A DNA stretch of 64,000 nt from Bacillota bacterium (GCA_021793645.1 JAJYSJ010000011.1:22515-86514); one strand, 5' to 3'. Positions 38,074 to 49,403 are shown, counted from the stretch's first letter. A program made the numbers and translations. Notes: a model not told the origin generated them from the letters alone.

Positions 38074-39210
38074 GTGCGTTTCGCACGATCACATCGGTTC
38101 AATATGGTCTATATGGGGGCGATCGCGATGGCGGGACGCAAACGGGCGCGCGATTACGGTTTGGCCACGTGGCGGCTGTCCAGCGGGCCGCTGGGTGCGA
38201 TCACCGACGTGCCTGGCGTACGGGTAGGACATTCCACCGTGATCCGCGGTGAGCGCATGCGCACCGGCGCCACCGCGATCTTCGCGCACGACGGCGACCC
38301 CTTCCACGAGCGCGTCTTCGCAGGAGTCGATGTGCTGAACGGGGACACGGTGAACACGGGGCAGGCAATCATCGACGAGTGGGGTCTCCTATGCTCTCCG
38401 GTCGTCTTCGCCAGCACGCGGTCACTAGGCGTCGCCTACGAGGCCGTAGTGCAACATTTCATCTCCCGCTACCCCGAGGCCAGCGCCGACGGAAACCTCA
38501 TTCCCGTCGTGATGGAATGCGACGACAACTACCTGAGCGACAACCGCTCCTTCCCCCTGCAGGTGGAAGACGTGCTGGCGTGCCTTCAGTCGGCGCAGGG
38601 CGGCCCGGTGGAGGAGGGCGGCGTGGGCGCAGGCACCGGCATGCAGCTCTTCGGTTGGAAGGGCGGCATCGGGACAGCATCCCGCGTCGTCACGGCCTAC
38701 GGCCAGACCTACACCATTGGCGTCATCCTCAACACGAACTTCGGGCAGCGCCAGCAGCTCCTCCTGCGCGGGTTCCCGATCGGGGAACACCTTGCGGACC
38801 CTCTCGCCGGGCGCTCACCGGAGGGCTCCTGCGTCGGCGTCCTGGCGACCGACGCCCCGCTCGGCCCAAGCCAGCTCCGCCGCATGGCGAAGCGCGTCGG
38901 CTTCGGGCTCGTGCGCTGCGGTTCCGTCGGCAACGACGGCAGCGGCGAGGCCTTCATCGCGTTCTCCACCGCCCACCGCGTGCGCCGGGACCACTCTTCG
39001 CCGGTAACGGTGCAGCGCCTCATCGAAGGCCAGTTCTGGCAGCGCGGGTCGCCGATCGACCTCCTCTTTGAGGCCGCGACGGAAGCCTCGGAGGAGGCCT
39101 GCCTCAACGCCCTCGTGGCCGGCACGACGACCACCGGCCGCGACGGGCACGCGCTGCACGGGTTTCCCGTCGAGGAAGCCCTCGGGGTTCTGCGGCAGAA
39201 CGCGCTGTAG
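38074..39210 (+). CDS. DmpA/S58-family (P1) aminopeptidase/amidase.
   Basis: GTGMQLFGWKGGIGTASR motif typical of DmpA-type Ntn hydrolases. The real start is probably an internal M near 38100. Confidence 0.75.
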   Translation: MRFARSHRFNMVYMGAIAMAGRKRARDYGLATWRLSSGPLGAITDVPGVRVGHSTVIRGERMRTGATAIFAHDGDPFHERVFAGVDVLNGDTVNTGQAIIDEWGLLCSPVVFASTRSLGVAYEAVVQHFISRYPEASADGNLIPVVMECDDNYLSDNRSFPLQVEDVLACLQSAQGGPVEEGGVGAGTGMQLFGWKGGIGTASRVVTAYGQTYTIGVILNTNFGQRQQLLLRGFPIGEHLADPLAGRSPEGSCVGVLATDAPLGPSQLRRMAKRVGFGLVRCGSVGNDGSGEAFIAFSTAHRVRRDHSSPVTVQRLIEGQFWQRGSPIDLLFEAATEASEEACLNALVAGTTTTGRDGHALHGFPVEEALGVLRQNAL

Positions 39211-39277
39211 GAGAGGGGGTGACGATGGAGGGAAGGCTGCGGATCCGCCACATCCCGCATCAAGAAGGAGGATTGCA

Positions 39278-40690
39278 ATGAGCCACCAGGTTCCGACGAA
39301 CGTCGATGCCTCGAGGGCCGTGGAAGGGCTTGGCTATCGGTCCCCGCTGCGGCGCGCTCTCGGCGCGGTCATCACCGTGGGCATCGCGGTCGGCTGCGTC
39401 TCCCCCATCGCTGCGACCTTCATCAACGTACCCGTCCTGATCTCGAGCCTAGGCACGTACCTCCTCCCGGAGTACATCATCAGCGCAGTGATCGCGCTGG
39501 CGCTCGCCTACATCTACAGCGAGCTCGGATCGATTTACCCCCTGGCCGGGGGGCTCTACTCGGTCGGGCTCAAGGTGCTGGGCAAGCCGATGGGATTCAT
39601 GACGCTGCTCGTCTACCTCGTGCAGGCGGTCTTCATCCCGGCGGTCGTGGCGCTCGGCGCCGCGACCTACGCGAACCTCCTCGTCCCAGCCATCCCGGTC
39701 GTCGCCTGGGCGATCATCTTCATGGCGCTGAGCGGCCTCCTTGCGATTTCGGGAATCCGTGCGAGCGGACTCTCCGCCTTCGTCTTCGTCGGGATCGAGG
39801 CCGCGGTGCTAATCGTGTTGACGGTCGCGGGGCTCGCGCACATCCAGCAGGGCACATCCCTCTTTGCGAACACCGCGGTGATAGGGAAGACCGTGGGTCC
39901 GGTCGGTTTCGGGGCGGTACTGGGTGCCGTCGCGATCGGGCTCTTCGGCTACAACGGCTTCGACTCCGCTCTGAACTTCTCCGAGGAGACCCTCGGGAGT
40001 TCGCGGCAGATCGGGCTCGGGGCGGTGCGGGCCGCGACCATCGTGATCATCCTGGAGATCCTGCCGATCGTCGGCATGCTGCTCGCGGTGCCGGCCACAG
40101 CGCTCATCCACAGCCAGAATCCGATCAATCTCTTCGGCACCACGGTGCTGGGGAACGCGGGCGTCACGATCATCGAGATCGGCGCCGTGATCGCCATCTT
40201 CAACGCGACGCTAACGGAGGTCATGCAGTTCAGCCGCATCCTCTACGCCTCCGGCCGTGACCAGGCGTGGCCCGCTGCAATCTCTAGGAGCCTCGCCTAC
40301 GTGTGGCCGTCCTCCGGCACGCCCGTCGTCTCGATCGCCGTCGTGGTGGTGCTGGGCATCATCCTCGACATCTTCTCGAGCCTCGCCAACTCGATCACCT
40401 TCATCGGCGTCGACCTCGTCTTCCTCTACCTGATCGTCGCGATCGCCACCGTCGTGAGCCGGTTCCGGGACAGAAGCCTCGAGCGGCCGTACAGGATGCC
40501 GATCTGGCCGGTAATGGTGCTCGTCAGCCTTGCCGGCAGCATCATCGTCTTGACGCAGCAGACCCCGGGAGAGATCCTCTCCATGTTGGCGATCCTCGCC
40601 GCAGGCCTGATCTACTACGCCCTCTACCTGGCGCGCAAGCCGGACTGGGGCGCAGGCGACATCAAGGCCATGGCGCGGGAGCGCGAGTAG
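39278..40690 (+). CDS. APC-family amino acid permease.
   Basis: ATG 8 nt after AAGGAGG. About 12 TM segments. 470 aa. Confidence 0.85.
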   Translation: MSHQVPTNVDASRAVEGLGYRSPLRRALGAVITVGIAVGCVSPIAATFINVPVLISSLGTYLLPEYIISAVIALALAYIYSELGSIYPLAGGLYSVGLKVLGKPMGFMTLLVYLVQAVFIPAVVALGAATYANLLVPAIPVVAWAIIFMALSGLLAISGIRASGLSAFVFVGIEAAVLIVLTVAGLAHIQQGTSLFANTAVIGKTVGPVGFGAVLGAVAIGLFGYNGFDSALNFSEETLGSSRQIGLGAVRAATIVIILEILPIVGMLLAVPATALIHSQNPINLFGTTVLGNAGVTIIEIGAVIAIFNATLTEVMQFSRILYASGRDQAWPAAISRSLAYVWPSSGTPVVSIAVVVVLGIILDIFSSLANSITFIGVDLVFLYLIVAIATVVSRFRDRSLERPYRMPIWPVMVLVSLAGSIIVLTQQTPGEILSMLAILAAGLIYYALYLARKPDWGAGDIKAMARERE

Positions 40691-40747
40691 ACGCAAGTAC
40701 AGGATGGGCCCTGCCCCCGGCAGGGCCCCCAATGCGAGGGTAAAGCG

Positions 40748-42097
40748 ATGAACGTAAGGCTGACGCAGCGGTATGAGACCCGTACGCCCGAATCGAAGCG
40801 GCTGTTCGACGATGCGCGCCGAATCATCCCAGGCGGCGTCGAAGGCAGCATCAAGCACTACAGCCCCTACCCCCTGACCTTCGACCACGCGAAGGGCCCG
40901 ATCATGCGGGACGTCGACGGCCATGAGTACATCGACTACCTGCTCTCCTTCGGCGCCCTGATGCTCGGCCACGGGCACCCCGCCGTCGTCGAGGCCACGC
41001 GGCGCGTCTGGGAGGAATTCGGCACGAGCGCCTTCGGGCTCTCGAGCCCGCTCGAGGTGCGCCTCGCGGACGTCGTCCGCTCCCTCTACCCGAGCGTCGA
41101 GGAACTCCGCTTCACCAACTCCGGCCTCGAGGCGACGCTGCTCGCGGTACGGCTCGGGCTCGCCGCCACGGGACGGGACGTCGTCGCCAAATTCGAGGGC
41201 CACTACCACGGCGGACACGAACAGGTCCTGATCAGCGTGAGTCCCAACCCCGCGCAGGCCGGCCCTGCGACGCGGCCCCGCTCCGTGCCGGGATCCCTGG
41301 GCCTTCCAGACCACTTCGCGGAGCACACGATCGTTCTGCCCTTCAACGACTACAACGCATGTGAGGCCATCCTCACCGCCAACGCGGGCCGGGTCGGGGT
41401 CGTCGTGCTCGAGCCGATGGAGGCCGGCTTTGTGCCGGCGGACCCCGTCTTCCTGCAGAGCCTGCGGGATCTCACGACGCGGCTCGGCATGGTGCTCGTC
41501 TTCGACGAGGTGAAGACGGGCTTTCGGGTGCGCCTCGGCGGCGCGCAGGAGTACTACGGCGTGCAAGCCGACCTCACGGCGCTCGGCAAGATCCTCGGCG
41601 GCGGCCTGCCGATCGGCGCAGTCGGCGGCAGGCGCGAGATCCTCGAGCTCACCTCCCCTTTGCGGGAGGGTGGGGACGCGGGCATCGTCTTCCACAGCGG
41701 CACCTTCAACGGCAACCCCATGTCCGTCGCTGCAGGTCTCGCGACGCTCGAGATCCTGCAACGGCCCGGCGTCTTCGAGGGCATCCTCCATGCGACCGAA
41801 CGCCTGCGCAGGAGCATCGAGGAGATCGGGCGGGCGGAAGGGTACGACGTGCGGACGGTGGGCGTCGGCGCTGTCTTCGATCTGCTGTTCACCACGCAGG
41901 ACGTCACGGACTACCGCTCCCGCATCAGTGCCGACAAGGAGCGGCGTCTCGCGCTCGACTTCCTCCTGATGGAGAATGGAATCTTCTCGAAGCCGCTCAA
42001 CCGCTTCTCCCTCTCCTTGGTGCACGATCAGGAGACCCTGCAGCGCACCGAGGAGGCCTTCGCGCGAAGCTTCCGGCAACTCAGGGACTTCGTCTAA
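40748..42097 (+). CDS. Class-III aminotransferase (glutamate-1-semialdehyde aminomutase-like).
   Basis: GHGHPAV, FDEVKTGFR (PLP Lys) and HSGTFNGNP motifs. 449 aa. Confidence 0.85.
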   Translation: MNVRLTQRYETRTPESKRLFDDARRIIPGGVEGSIKHYSPYPLTFDHAKGPIMRDVDGHEYIDYLLSFGALMLGHGHPAVVEATRRVWEEFGTSAFGLSSPLEVRLADVVRSLYPSVEELRFTNSGLEATLLAVRLGLAATGRDVVAKFEGHYHGGHEQVLISVSPNPAQAGPATRPRSVPGSLGLPDHFAEHTIVLPFNDYNACEAILTANAGRVGVVVLEPMEAGFVPADPVFLQSLRDLTTRLGMVLVFDEVKTGFRVRLGGAQEYYGVQADLTALGKILGGGLPIGAVGGRREILELTSPLREGGDAGIVFHSGTFNGNPMSVAAGLATLEILQRPGVFEGILHATERLRRSIEEIGRAEGYDVRTVGVGAVFDLLFTTQDVTDYRSRISADKERRLALDFLLMENGIFSKPLNRFSLSLVHDQETLQRTEEAFARSFRQLRDFV

Positions 42098-42330
42098 TAG
42101 CTGCGTTTCTATGCCGGCGGGCACGGGACTGCGTTGTCCTTTGGGCCCCTCCTGAGGCCGAGTTGAACGAGACCCTACCAGAAGCTCCTCGATGCCGGAG
42201 CGATCAACCTTCTTGCCGCGCTGGCGGCGTAGTACAGCGAAGTTACCTGCTTGAACCCAAGGGGAAGGCCGCCTTACATGAGGCGGCCTTCCCCTTGGGC
42301 AGCGTCGAGGCTCCTTCTCTACAGCAGTCG

Positions 42331-43242
42331 TCACCGCACCGGAACGATCGGCGGGCGGCCGTTCACCTTGCGGATGCCGAAGCGCACTACCACACGGAAG
42401 GGGGACGGCTTGCAGTACTGGCAGATGTGGAGGTCACCCTGGATGGATTGGTAGAGGAAGGCGTCTACCTCGTCGAGCCCCCATGCCTGCATCAGGAGGC
42501 GCTGCATGCTGCGGCTCGCCTTCTCTATCGCCTCATCCAGCTCGTCCGCCGAGGCGACGACCCACCAGGCGTCGTCCGTCTCGACAAGCGGCAAGTCGAG
42601 CGCAGCGGGCCGTTCCCCGACATCCAGCCGCAGGCGGACGGTCCCCGCCGTCTCGACACCCGTGCCGCAGATCTCCCCATCGCCCATGCTGGCGTGGAGA
42701 TCCCCCAGCGCGAAGAGTGCGCCCGGCACCTGCACGGGGAAGTAGACGCGGCTTCCAGCCGTGATCAGGTGGTTATCCATGTTGCCGCCATGGTCGCCCG
42801 GCTGGCCGTTCACGACCTCGCCCTCAGCCGGTGCGACCCCGATCACGCCGATCATCGGCAGGCTGGGGAACTCGAAGTCCTTGAAGGTCACCTGCCCGTC
42901 CTTGATTGGAAGACGCCGCGTGCGGGCTCGCCCGTCCAGCGTGTGCTGCAGCACCCCGATCTCCGGCAGCGTGCAGACGATGCCCCAATCGCGGGTGCGG
43001 ATGTCCTCGATCGAGACCCTGAGGAGGTCGCCTGGTCTGGCGCCGTCCACATAGACCGGTCCCGTCGTCGGGTTCACCCGCCCGAGGTCGATGTCGCCGA
43101 TCGTCTGCTCTTCCGAGACGATCTGGTTCGAGAAGCAATCGAGCGTCTCGATCTCGAGGTCCTGGCCTGGATCCATGCGCATTGCTGCTTCGTGGCTCGA
43201 CCGGAAGGAGAAGACGTGGCTCTCGGGAGTGAGTGCCTTCAT
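42331..43242 (-). CDS. Acetamidase/formamidase (FmdA/AmdA) family protein.
   Basis: 303 aa. Characteristic GPVYVDGARPGDLL and GDLHASMGDGE motifs. Confidence 0.85.
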   Translation of the reverse strand: MKALTPESHVFSFRSSHEAAMRMDPGQDLEIETLDCFSNQIVSEEQTIGDIDLGRVNPTTGPVYVDGARPGDLLRVSIEDIRTRDWGIVCTLPEIGVLQHTLDGRARTRRLPIKDGQVTFKDFEFPSLPMIGVIGVAPAEGEVVNGQPGDHGGNMDNHLITAGSRVYFPVQVPGALFALGDLHASMGDGEICGTGVETAGTVRLRLDVGERPAALDLPLVETDDAWWVVASADELDEAIEKASRSMQRLLMQAWGLDEVDAFLYQSIQGDLHICQYCKPSPFRVVVRFGIRKVNGRPPIVPVR

Positions 43243-43243
43243 G

Positions 43244-44656
43244 TCAGTCCCCCTCGACGAACACCCGGCGGGCGGCCTGTACGGCCTCCGGCCGGCGTGT
43301 TTTAAGGAAGAAGTAGACGATCGTGCCGATGACGGCCCAGGCGAGAATCATCGGCGCGGCGAGGTTCGCCGGGTAGTTCGGGACCGGGTAGACGGACGCG
43401 AAGAGCGGCGGCACGAAGAAGGCAATCCCGACGATCGGCGCGACGATGTGCTTGAACACAGAGCGCTGCGCTTTGCCTTCCGTGCTGTAGTGGACGATGC
43501 AGGTGATGTTGGTGATGAGGTAGATCGCAATCATCGTCACCGTGACGAGCGTGCCCAGCATGACGTAGCCGTTCAAGGGCTGGATCGCCATGCCGAGCAG
43601 AAGCGCGACGACGATGGACACCACCGCTTGCGTCAGGACGGCCACCTTGGGGGAGCGGAACACCGGGTGCACGGTCGCCAAGGCGCGTGGCAGCGCGCCC
43701 GTGCGGCCCATGGCGAAGAGCACGCGGGTCGCGGACGTCGAGGAGGCGTTCGTGTTCGCGATAAACGAGTTCATCACGGCGAGGAAGACGATGATCCAGC
43801 CGATGCCCCAGGCATGGGACGCGAGCACGTGCCAGGGGTCCGGGTTCTGGAAGAAGCTCGACATCCTGCTAAGACCCCAGCCGACGGTACCGGCGTAGGT
43901 CGTCAAGACATAGAAGATGCCGATCAGGGCCGTCGCGGCGACGACCGCCTTCGTCACGTTGCGCGGGTCGCCGGTCTCCTCGGAGAGCGCGACGGCGGCC
44001 TCGAAGCCGACGAACGCCTGGATGCAGTAGATCATGCCTTGGAAGACGCCCGCCCAGCCGCCGCCTGTGTGCACGAGCGAGAGGTGCGGGTTGAAGACGG
44101 CAACCGTATTGGACTTCCCGGCGATCACGATCAAGGTGATCGCAAGCGCCGTGAAGACAACCACCTCGAACGCCCCGAGCCACATGCCCGTCCGCGCCGA
44201 GGTGCGCACGCTGCGGTAGGTGAGGTAGGTGACGAGCGCGACGGCGAAGACCACCCAGATCGCCCAGGAGGTGTCGATGTGCAGGTACTGCTGAATGATG
44301 TTCGACACGAAGAATCCGAAGATCAGGTAGAGCATCGGCGCGGTGAGAAGCTGGACGAACGCGTAGGACCAGCCGACGACGAAGCCTGGGCCTGTGCCGA
44401 GCGCTCGGCTCGTATAGGTGTAGAAGCTGCCGGCCGATGGGATGGCGCGCGCCAGCTCCCCGATCGAGATCGCGGTGAAGAGCGCGCCGATCAGCGCGAG
44501 AATGACGGAGAGCGAGAGCGCCGCCCCCGCATACTGCGCGGAAATATAGATGGAATAGGCCACCGCGGCGCCGGGCGCCATGAAGGTGACGCTCTGAAAG
44601 GCGACGGGCCAGATGCCAAGCGCGTTGCGGTCGAGACTCCCGGACTTCGTGCTCAA
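43244..44656 (-). CDS. APC-family amino acid permease.
   Basis: 470 aa polytopic membrane protein with APC-family signature. Confidence 0.85.
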   Translation of the reverse strand: MSTKSGSLDRNALGIWPVAFQSVTFMAPGAAVAYSIYISAQYAGAALSLSVILALIGALFTAISIGELARAIPSAGSFYTYTSRALGTGPGFVVGWSYAFVQLLTAPMLYLIFGFFVSNIIQQYLHIDTSWAIWVVFAVALVTYLTYRSVRTSARTGMWLGAFEVVVFTALAITLIVIAGKSNTVAVFNPHLSLVHTGGGWAGVFQGMIYCIQAFVGFEAAVALSEETGDPRNVTKAVVAATALIGIFYVLTTYAGTVGWGLSRMSSFFQNPDPWHVLASHAWGIGWIIVFLAVMNSFIANTNASSTSATRVLFAMGRTGALPRALATVHPVFRSPKVAVLTQAVVSIVVALLLGMAIQPLNGYVMLGTLVTVTMIAIYLITNITCIVHYSTEGKAQRSVFKHIVAPIVGIAFFVPPLFASVYPVPNYPANLAAPMILAWAVIGTIVYFFLKTRRPEAVQAARRVFVEGD

Positions 44657-44823
44657 ATAGATACCCTCCCACGGCGGAATCTTCCGCGTACCCTGGATGC
44701 CCTAACCCACAGCCTGCGGCGGCCGCGGCATACGGCCGCGTATACCAGTCCCCTGCACCACCCCCTCTCCTGGGTGCCGCATCATGCTCGGATGCCCGTT
44801 CAGCTGCGGCGCCGCGGGCGCCT

Positions 44824-46488
44824 TTAGCGCAGCACCGCTCCGTGGTCGGCAGAGGTCACGTCTCGCGCATAGCGGCGCAAGTATCCGCCCTTCGCCCGCG
44901 AGGGAGGCGCCTGCCAAGCGGCACGCCGCCGTTCAATCTCCTCTTCCGGCACTTCCAGCGTCAGCTGCCGCGACGCGATGTCCACTTCGATGATGTCCCC
45001 CGGCTCGACGAAGGCGAGGGGTCCGCCCTCCGCCGCCTCCGGCGAGATATGGCCAAGGCATATGCCGCGGGTGCCGCCGGAGAACCGCCCATCGGTAATG
45101 AGGGCGACTTCCTTGCCGAGCCCCATCCCCTGCAGTGCAGACGTCGGCGCAAGCATCTCCGGCATCCCGGGTCCGCCCCGCGGCCCCTCGTAGCGGATCA
45201 CGACGACATCTCCCGCCTTGACCATCCCCTCCTCGATCCCCCGTCCCGCCTCCTCCTGAGATTCGAAGATCACGGCGGGGCCGCGGTGGCCCTTCACCTC
45301 AGGATCGACGGCGGCCACCTTCAGGACTGCGCCCCGTGGGGCGAGGTTGCCGTAGAGGACGGCAAGGCCGCCCTCCACGTCGTGCGGATCGCTCGTAGGC
45401 CGGATCACGTCCCGGTCGAGGGTCTTTACTCCAGCGAGCGTCTCCTTCAGCGTCTTGCCGGAGACGGTCATGGCGTCCATGCACAAGAGCCCCGGGACAG
45501 CACTTAGTTCCTTTAAGATGGCGGACACACCGCCGGCGCGGTCGACATCCTCGAGGTGCCACTCGGACGCTGGACTGACGCGGCAGATGTTCGGCGTCCT
45601 CCGCGAGAGGTCGTCGATGCGGCTGAGGGGGTAGTCGATGTTGCCCTCCTTGGCGATCGCCATCCCGTGCAGCACCGTGTTCGTCGACCCGCCCATCGCC
45701 ATGTCAAGCGCAAACGCGTTGTCGAGGGCCTCCTGGGTAACGATGCGGGAGGGTCTGAGGTCGTTTTTCACCAGTTCGATGACGGCCTGCGCCGTACGCC
45801 GCGCGAGGTCTTCGCGCCGCTCTGTCTTCGCAAGGATCGTGCCGTTTCCGGGGAGTGCGAGGCCGAGGGCCTCCGTGAGGCAGTTCATCGAATTGGCGGT
45901 GAACATCCCGGAGCACGATCCGCAGGTCGGGCACGCGATCGCCTCGAGTTCCTCCAGCTGCTCCTCGGCCATGCGGCCGCTGCGGTACGCCCCGACCCCC
46001 TCGAAGACCGAGATCAGGTCCACCGCCTTGCCCTGCGCCGTGCGCCCGGCGGCCATCGGACCGCCGGAGACGAAGATGGTCGGGATGTCGAGGCGCATCG
46101 TCGCCATCAGCATGCCGGGGGTGATCTTGTCGCAGTTCGGGATACAGATCATGCCGTCGAACCAGTGGGCCATCACCATCGTCTCCACGGAATCCGCGAT
46201 CAGTTCACGGCTGGGGAGCGAGTAGCGCATTCCGATGTGCCCCATCGCGATGCCGTCGTCCACCCCGATCGTGTTGAACTCGAAGGGGACCCCGCCCGCG
46301 GCCCGCACCGCCTCCTTGACGATGCGGCCGAACTCCTGCAGGTGGACGTGGCCCGGGACGATGTCGACGTAGGAGTTCGCGATGGCGATGAAGGGTTTGC
46401 CGAAGTCGACGGGTTTCACGCCCGCGGCGCGCAGGAGCGCACGATGCGGTGCGCGGTCGGCGCCCTGCTTGATCATGTCTGAACGCAT
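44824..46488 (-). CDS. ilvD: Dihydroxy-acid dehydratase.
   Basis: [11 protein letters not shown] and Fe-S cysteine motifs. 554 aa. Confidence 0.95.
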   Translation of the reverse strand: MRSDMIKQGADRAPHRALLRAAGVKPVDFGKPFIAIANSYVDIVPGHVHLQEFGRIVKEAVRAAGGVPFEFNTIGVDDGIAMGHIGMRYSLPSRELIADSVETMVMAHWFDGMICIPNCDKITPGMLMATMRLDIPTIFVSGGPMAAGRTAQGKAVDLISVFEGVGAYRSGRMAEEQLEELEAIACPTCGSCSGMFTANSMNCLTEALGLALPGNGTILAKTERREDLARRTAQAVIELVKNDLRPSRIVTQEALDNAFALDMAMGGSTNTVLHGMAIAKEGNIDYPLSRIDDLSRRTPNICRVSPASEWHLEDVDRAGGVSAILKELSAVPGLLCMDAMTVSGKTLKETLAGVKTLDRDVIRPTSDPHDVEGGLAVLYGNLAPRGAVLKVAAVDPEVKGHRGPAVIFESQEEAGRGIEEGMVKAGDVVVIRYEGPRGGPGMPEMLAPTSALQGMGLGKEVALITDGRFSGGTRGICLGHISPEAAEGGPLAFVEPGDIIEVDIASRQLTLEVPEEEIERRRAAWQAPPSRAKGGYLRRYARDVTSADHGAVLR

Positions 46489-46491
46489 GGA

Positions 46492-48231
46492 TTAGCTCCT
46501 CTCGGCGGGCTGCGGCTTCTCTAGGAGGACGTCCGCCAGGCTCGCGCCTGCCGGCACCATCGGGAAGACGTTCTCCTGCGGCTCGACGACGACGTCGAGG
46601 ATGACAGGTCCTGGTTCCGACGCGCAGTCCAAAAGGGCCTCGCGCAGGCCCTGGGCGGTCTCGACGCGCATGCCCTTCCAGCCGTAGGCCTCGGCGAGCA
46701 GGCGGTAGTCCGGAAGGTCCGTCATGTGCACCGCGCTGTAGCGTTCCTGATGGAAGAGCTCCTGCCACTGACGGACCATGCCAAGCTGGTGGTTGTTGAT
46801 GACGACCACCCGCACGGGGAGACCGTAGTTCGTCGCCGTCGCCATCTCCTGGATGTTCATCTGGATGCTGCCGTCGCCGGAGACGAGCCAGACGCTGGCG
46901 TCCGGCCTCGCCATCTGCGCCCCCAGCGCAGCCGGCAGGCCGAAGCCCATCGTACCGAGTCCCCCTGACGTGACGAACTGGCGCGCCCTCGCAAAGGGGT
47001 AGAGCAGCGCCGTCCACATCTGGTGCTGGCCGACGTCCGTGACGACGACCGCCTCGCCGTCCGTCGCCTTGTAGATCTCCTGAATGACCGCCTGCGGCCT
47101 GAGGAGGCTCCCGTTCTCCCCACCGAGCTCCATCGGGGTGAGGGCAGTCCAGCCCTGGTGAGCCTCCCACTCCCGGATCTCCTCCCACCAAGCGCTGCGC
47201 GCGGCGGCGCTGGCCGTCTGCGGGTTGCGTGCGATCGCGGCCTCGAGGGCCGGCAACGCGTAGCGGAGGTCCCCCAGGACAGGGAAGTCGACGCGGACGA
47301 TCTTCTCGATCTCCGCCTCGTCGATGTCGAAGTGGATGATCTTCGCCTTCGGTGCGAAGTGCTTGGTGGATCCCGTGACGCGGTCGTCGAAGCGCAGCCC
47401 GAGACCGATGATCAGGTCGGCGTGGGCCGTCGCTCGGTTTGCCGCGTAGGTGCCGTGCATGCCGAGTAGGCCGAGATGGCGGGGATCCGTGCCATGAACC
47501 GCTCCGAGCCCCATCAGGGTGCTCGCGGCCGGCGCGTCGAGCGCCGCCATCAGACGGCGCAGGGACTCCTCGGAACCGGAGTGGATCACCCCTCCGCCGA
47601 CGATCAGGAGCGGGCGCTCCGCAGCGGCGATCGCCTGCGCGGCCGCTTCCACCGCCGCCCCCTCCGGCTCGGTCGAAAAGCGGTAGCCGCGGCGGCCCGG
47701 TGGGGCCGCCGGGTGCTCGAACGGCCCGCGCTGCAGCGCGACATTCTTCGGGATGTCGATCAGTACGGGGCCGGGACGGCCGGTGCGGGCGATGTAATAG
47801 GCCTCGTGGACGATGCGCGGGATGTCCCGCGCATCGTCGACGAGGTAGCTGTGCTTCGTGATCGCCCGGGTGACACCGAGCGTGTCGACCTCCTGGAAGG
47901 CGTCCGTGCCGATCAGGGGCCTGGCCACCTGACCCGTGACCGCGACCAGCGGGATGGAATCCATCTGGGCCGTCGCAAGCCCCGTGACGAGGTTCGTCGC
48001 ACCTGGGCCCGACGTCGCGAGGCAGACCCCGGTCCGTCCCGAGACACGGGCGTAGCCGTCCGCGGCGTGCACCGCCCCCTGCTCATGGCGCACGAGGATA
48101 TGGCGGATGGGAGAGTCGTAGAGCGCGTCGTAGATTGGCAGCACCGCCCCGCCAGGATACCCGAAGATTACCTCGACGCCCTCCTCTTGCAGGCACTGCA
48201 AGAGTGTGCGCGCACCGCTCTCGACCATCAT
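46492..48231 (-). CDS. ilvB: Acetolactate synthase large subunit.
   Basis: ThDP-binding motifs and FGYPGGAVLPIYDAL N-terminus. 579 aa. Confidence 0.95.
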   Translation of the reverse strand: MMVESGARTLLQCLQEEGVEVIFGYPGGAVLPIYDALYDSPIRHILVRHEQGAVHAADGYARVSGRTGVCLATSGPGATNLVTGLATAQMDSIPLVAVTGQVARPLIGTDAFQEVDTLGVTRAITKHSYLVDDARDIPRIVHEAYYIARTGRPGPVLIDIPKNVALQRGPFEHPAAPPGRRGYRFSTEPEGAAVEAAAQAIAAAERPLLIVGGGVIHSGSEESLRRLMAALDAPAASTLMGLGAVHGTDPRHLGLLGMHGTYAANRATAHADLIIGLGLRFDDRVTGSTKHFAPKAKIIHFDIDEAEIEKIVRVDFPVLGDLRYALPALEAAIARNPQTASAAARSAWWEEIREWEAHQGWTALTPMELGGENGSLLRPQAVIQEIYKATDGEAVVVTDVGQHQMWTALLYPFARARQFVTSGGLGTMGFGLPAALGAQMARPDASVWLVSGDGSIQMNIQEMATATNYGLPVRVVVINNHQLGMVRQWQELFHQERYSAVHMTDLPDYRLLAEAYGWKGMRVETAQGLREALLDCASEPGPVILDVVVEPQENVFPMVPAGASLADVLLEKPQPAERS

Positions 48232-48257
48232 CGTCCGCCTCCTCTCGAATATGGGGC

Positions 48258-49403
48258 TCAGAAGTAGGTCGCGTTGAGCGCCTGGCGCGAGTGCAGGTTC
48301 TGCGCGAGGGCGTCCGCGACGCGCTCGCCCATCTCGCGCGTCCCGATCACCTTCTCGCCCTGGCTGCCGTCCGAGATGTCCTTGGTGCGCAGCCCCTGCC
48401 GCAGGACCTCCTTCACGGCCCCCTCGATCGACCGCGCCAAGAGCGGCAGGTCGAGACTGTGCTCGGCGAGCATCGCAAGGGAGAGGATCGCACCCAAGGG
48501 GTTCGCCATGTCCTTGCCTGCGATATCGGGCGCCGAGCCGTGCACCGGTTCGTAGAGACCGGGACCGTCGTCCCCAAGGCTCGCCGACGCCATCACGCCG
48601 AGGCTCCCCACGACGCCGCCCAGTTCGTCGCTGAGGATGTCGCCGAACATGTTCTCCGTGAGCACCACGTCGAACATGTGGGGCTTCAGGACGAGGAGCA
48701 TCGCCATGCTGTCGACGAGCTGGTGCTCGACCGTGACGTCCGGGTACTCCTTCGCGACGTCTTCCACCACCTCACGCCAGAGGCGCGAGGTCTCGAGCAC
48801 GTTGCGCTTGTCGACGGACGTCACCCGTCCTTGGCGCCTCTGCGCCGAGCGGAAGGCGACGTGCGCGACCCGGCGGATCTCCCCTTCCTCGTAGGCCATC
48901 GTGTCGATGGCGCTCCGCGATGGACTCTCCCCGCTGCGGCCACGGGGCTCCCCGAAGTACACGCCGCCCGTGAGCTCGCGCACGAGGAGGACATCGAGGC
49001 CCTGGATCGCTGAAGGCCGCAGCGGCGACTGGCCTTCGAGGCCCGGCAGGAGCGCCGCAGGGCGCAGATTCGCGTAGACGGAGAGCGCGCGGCGCAGGCC
49101 GAGGAGGCCTGCCTCTGGCCGCTCATGGGGTGCCAGGCGGTCCCATTGCGGACCGCCGACGGCACCGAGCAGCACCGCCTTCGCGGCCTGGGCCGCAGAG
49201 AGTGTCTCTTCCGGCAGGGGCTTCCCCGCCTCCTCGATCGCGGCGCCGCCGATCGGCTTCGCCTCCCAGGAGAGCTCGATGCCTTCGCGGTGCAGGTACT
49301 CCCGGGCGGTGCGCATCACGGTCTCGGCTGCCTTGATCACCTCGGGGCCGATCCCGTCCCCAGGCAGGAGGACGAGCTGATGCGTCTCGCTTTGATCCTT
49401 CAC
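48258..49403 (-). CDS. leuB: 3-isopropylmalate dehydrogenase.
   Basis: LLPGDGIGPEV and NMFGDILSDELGGVVGSLGVMASASL motifs. GTG start overlaps the leuD stop (GTGA). Confidence 0.95.
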   Translation of the reverse strand: MKDQSETHQLVLLPGDGIGPEVIKAAETVMRTAREYLHREGIELSWEAKPIGGAAIEEAGKPLPEETLSAAQAAKAVLLGAVGGPQWDRLAPHERPEAGLLGLRRALSVYANLRPAALLPGLEGQSPLRPSAIQGLDVLLVRELTGGVYFGEPRGRSGESPSRSAIDTMAYEEGEIRRVAHVAFRSAQRRQGRVTSVDKRNVLETSRLWREVVEDVAKEYPDVTVEHQLVDSMAMLLVLKPHMFDVVLTENMFGDILSDELGGVVGSLGVMASASLGDDGPGLYEPVHGSAPDIAGKDMANPLGAILSLAMLAEHSLDLPLLARSIEGAVKEVLRQGLRTKDISDGSQGEKVIGTREMGERVADALAQNLHSRQALNATYF

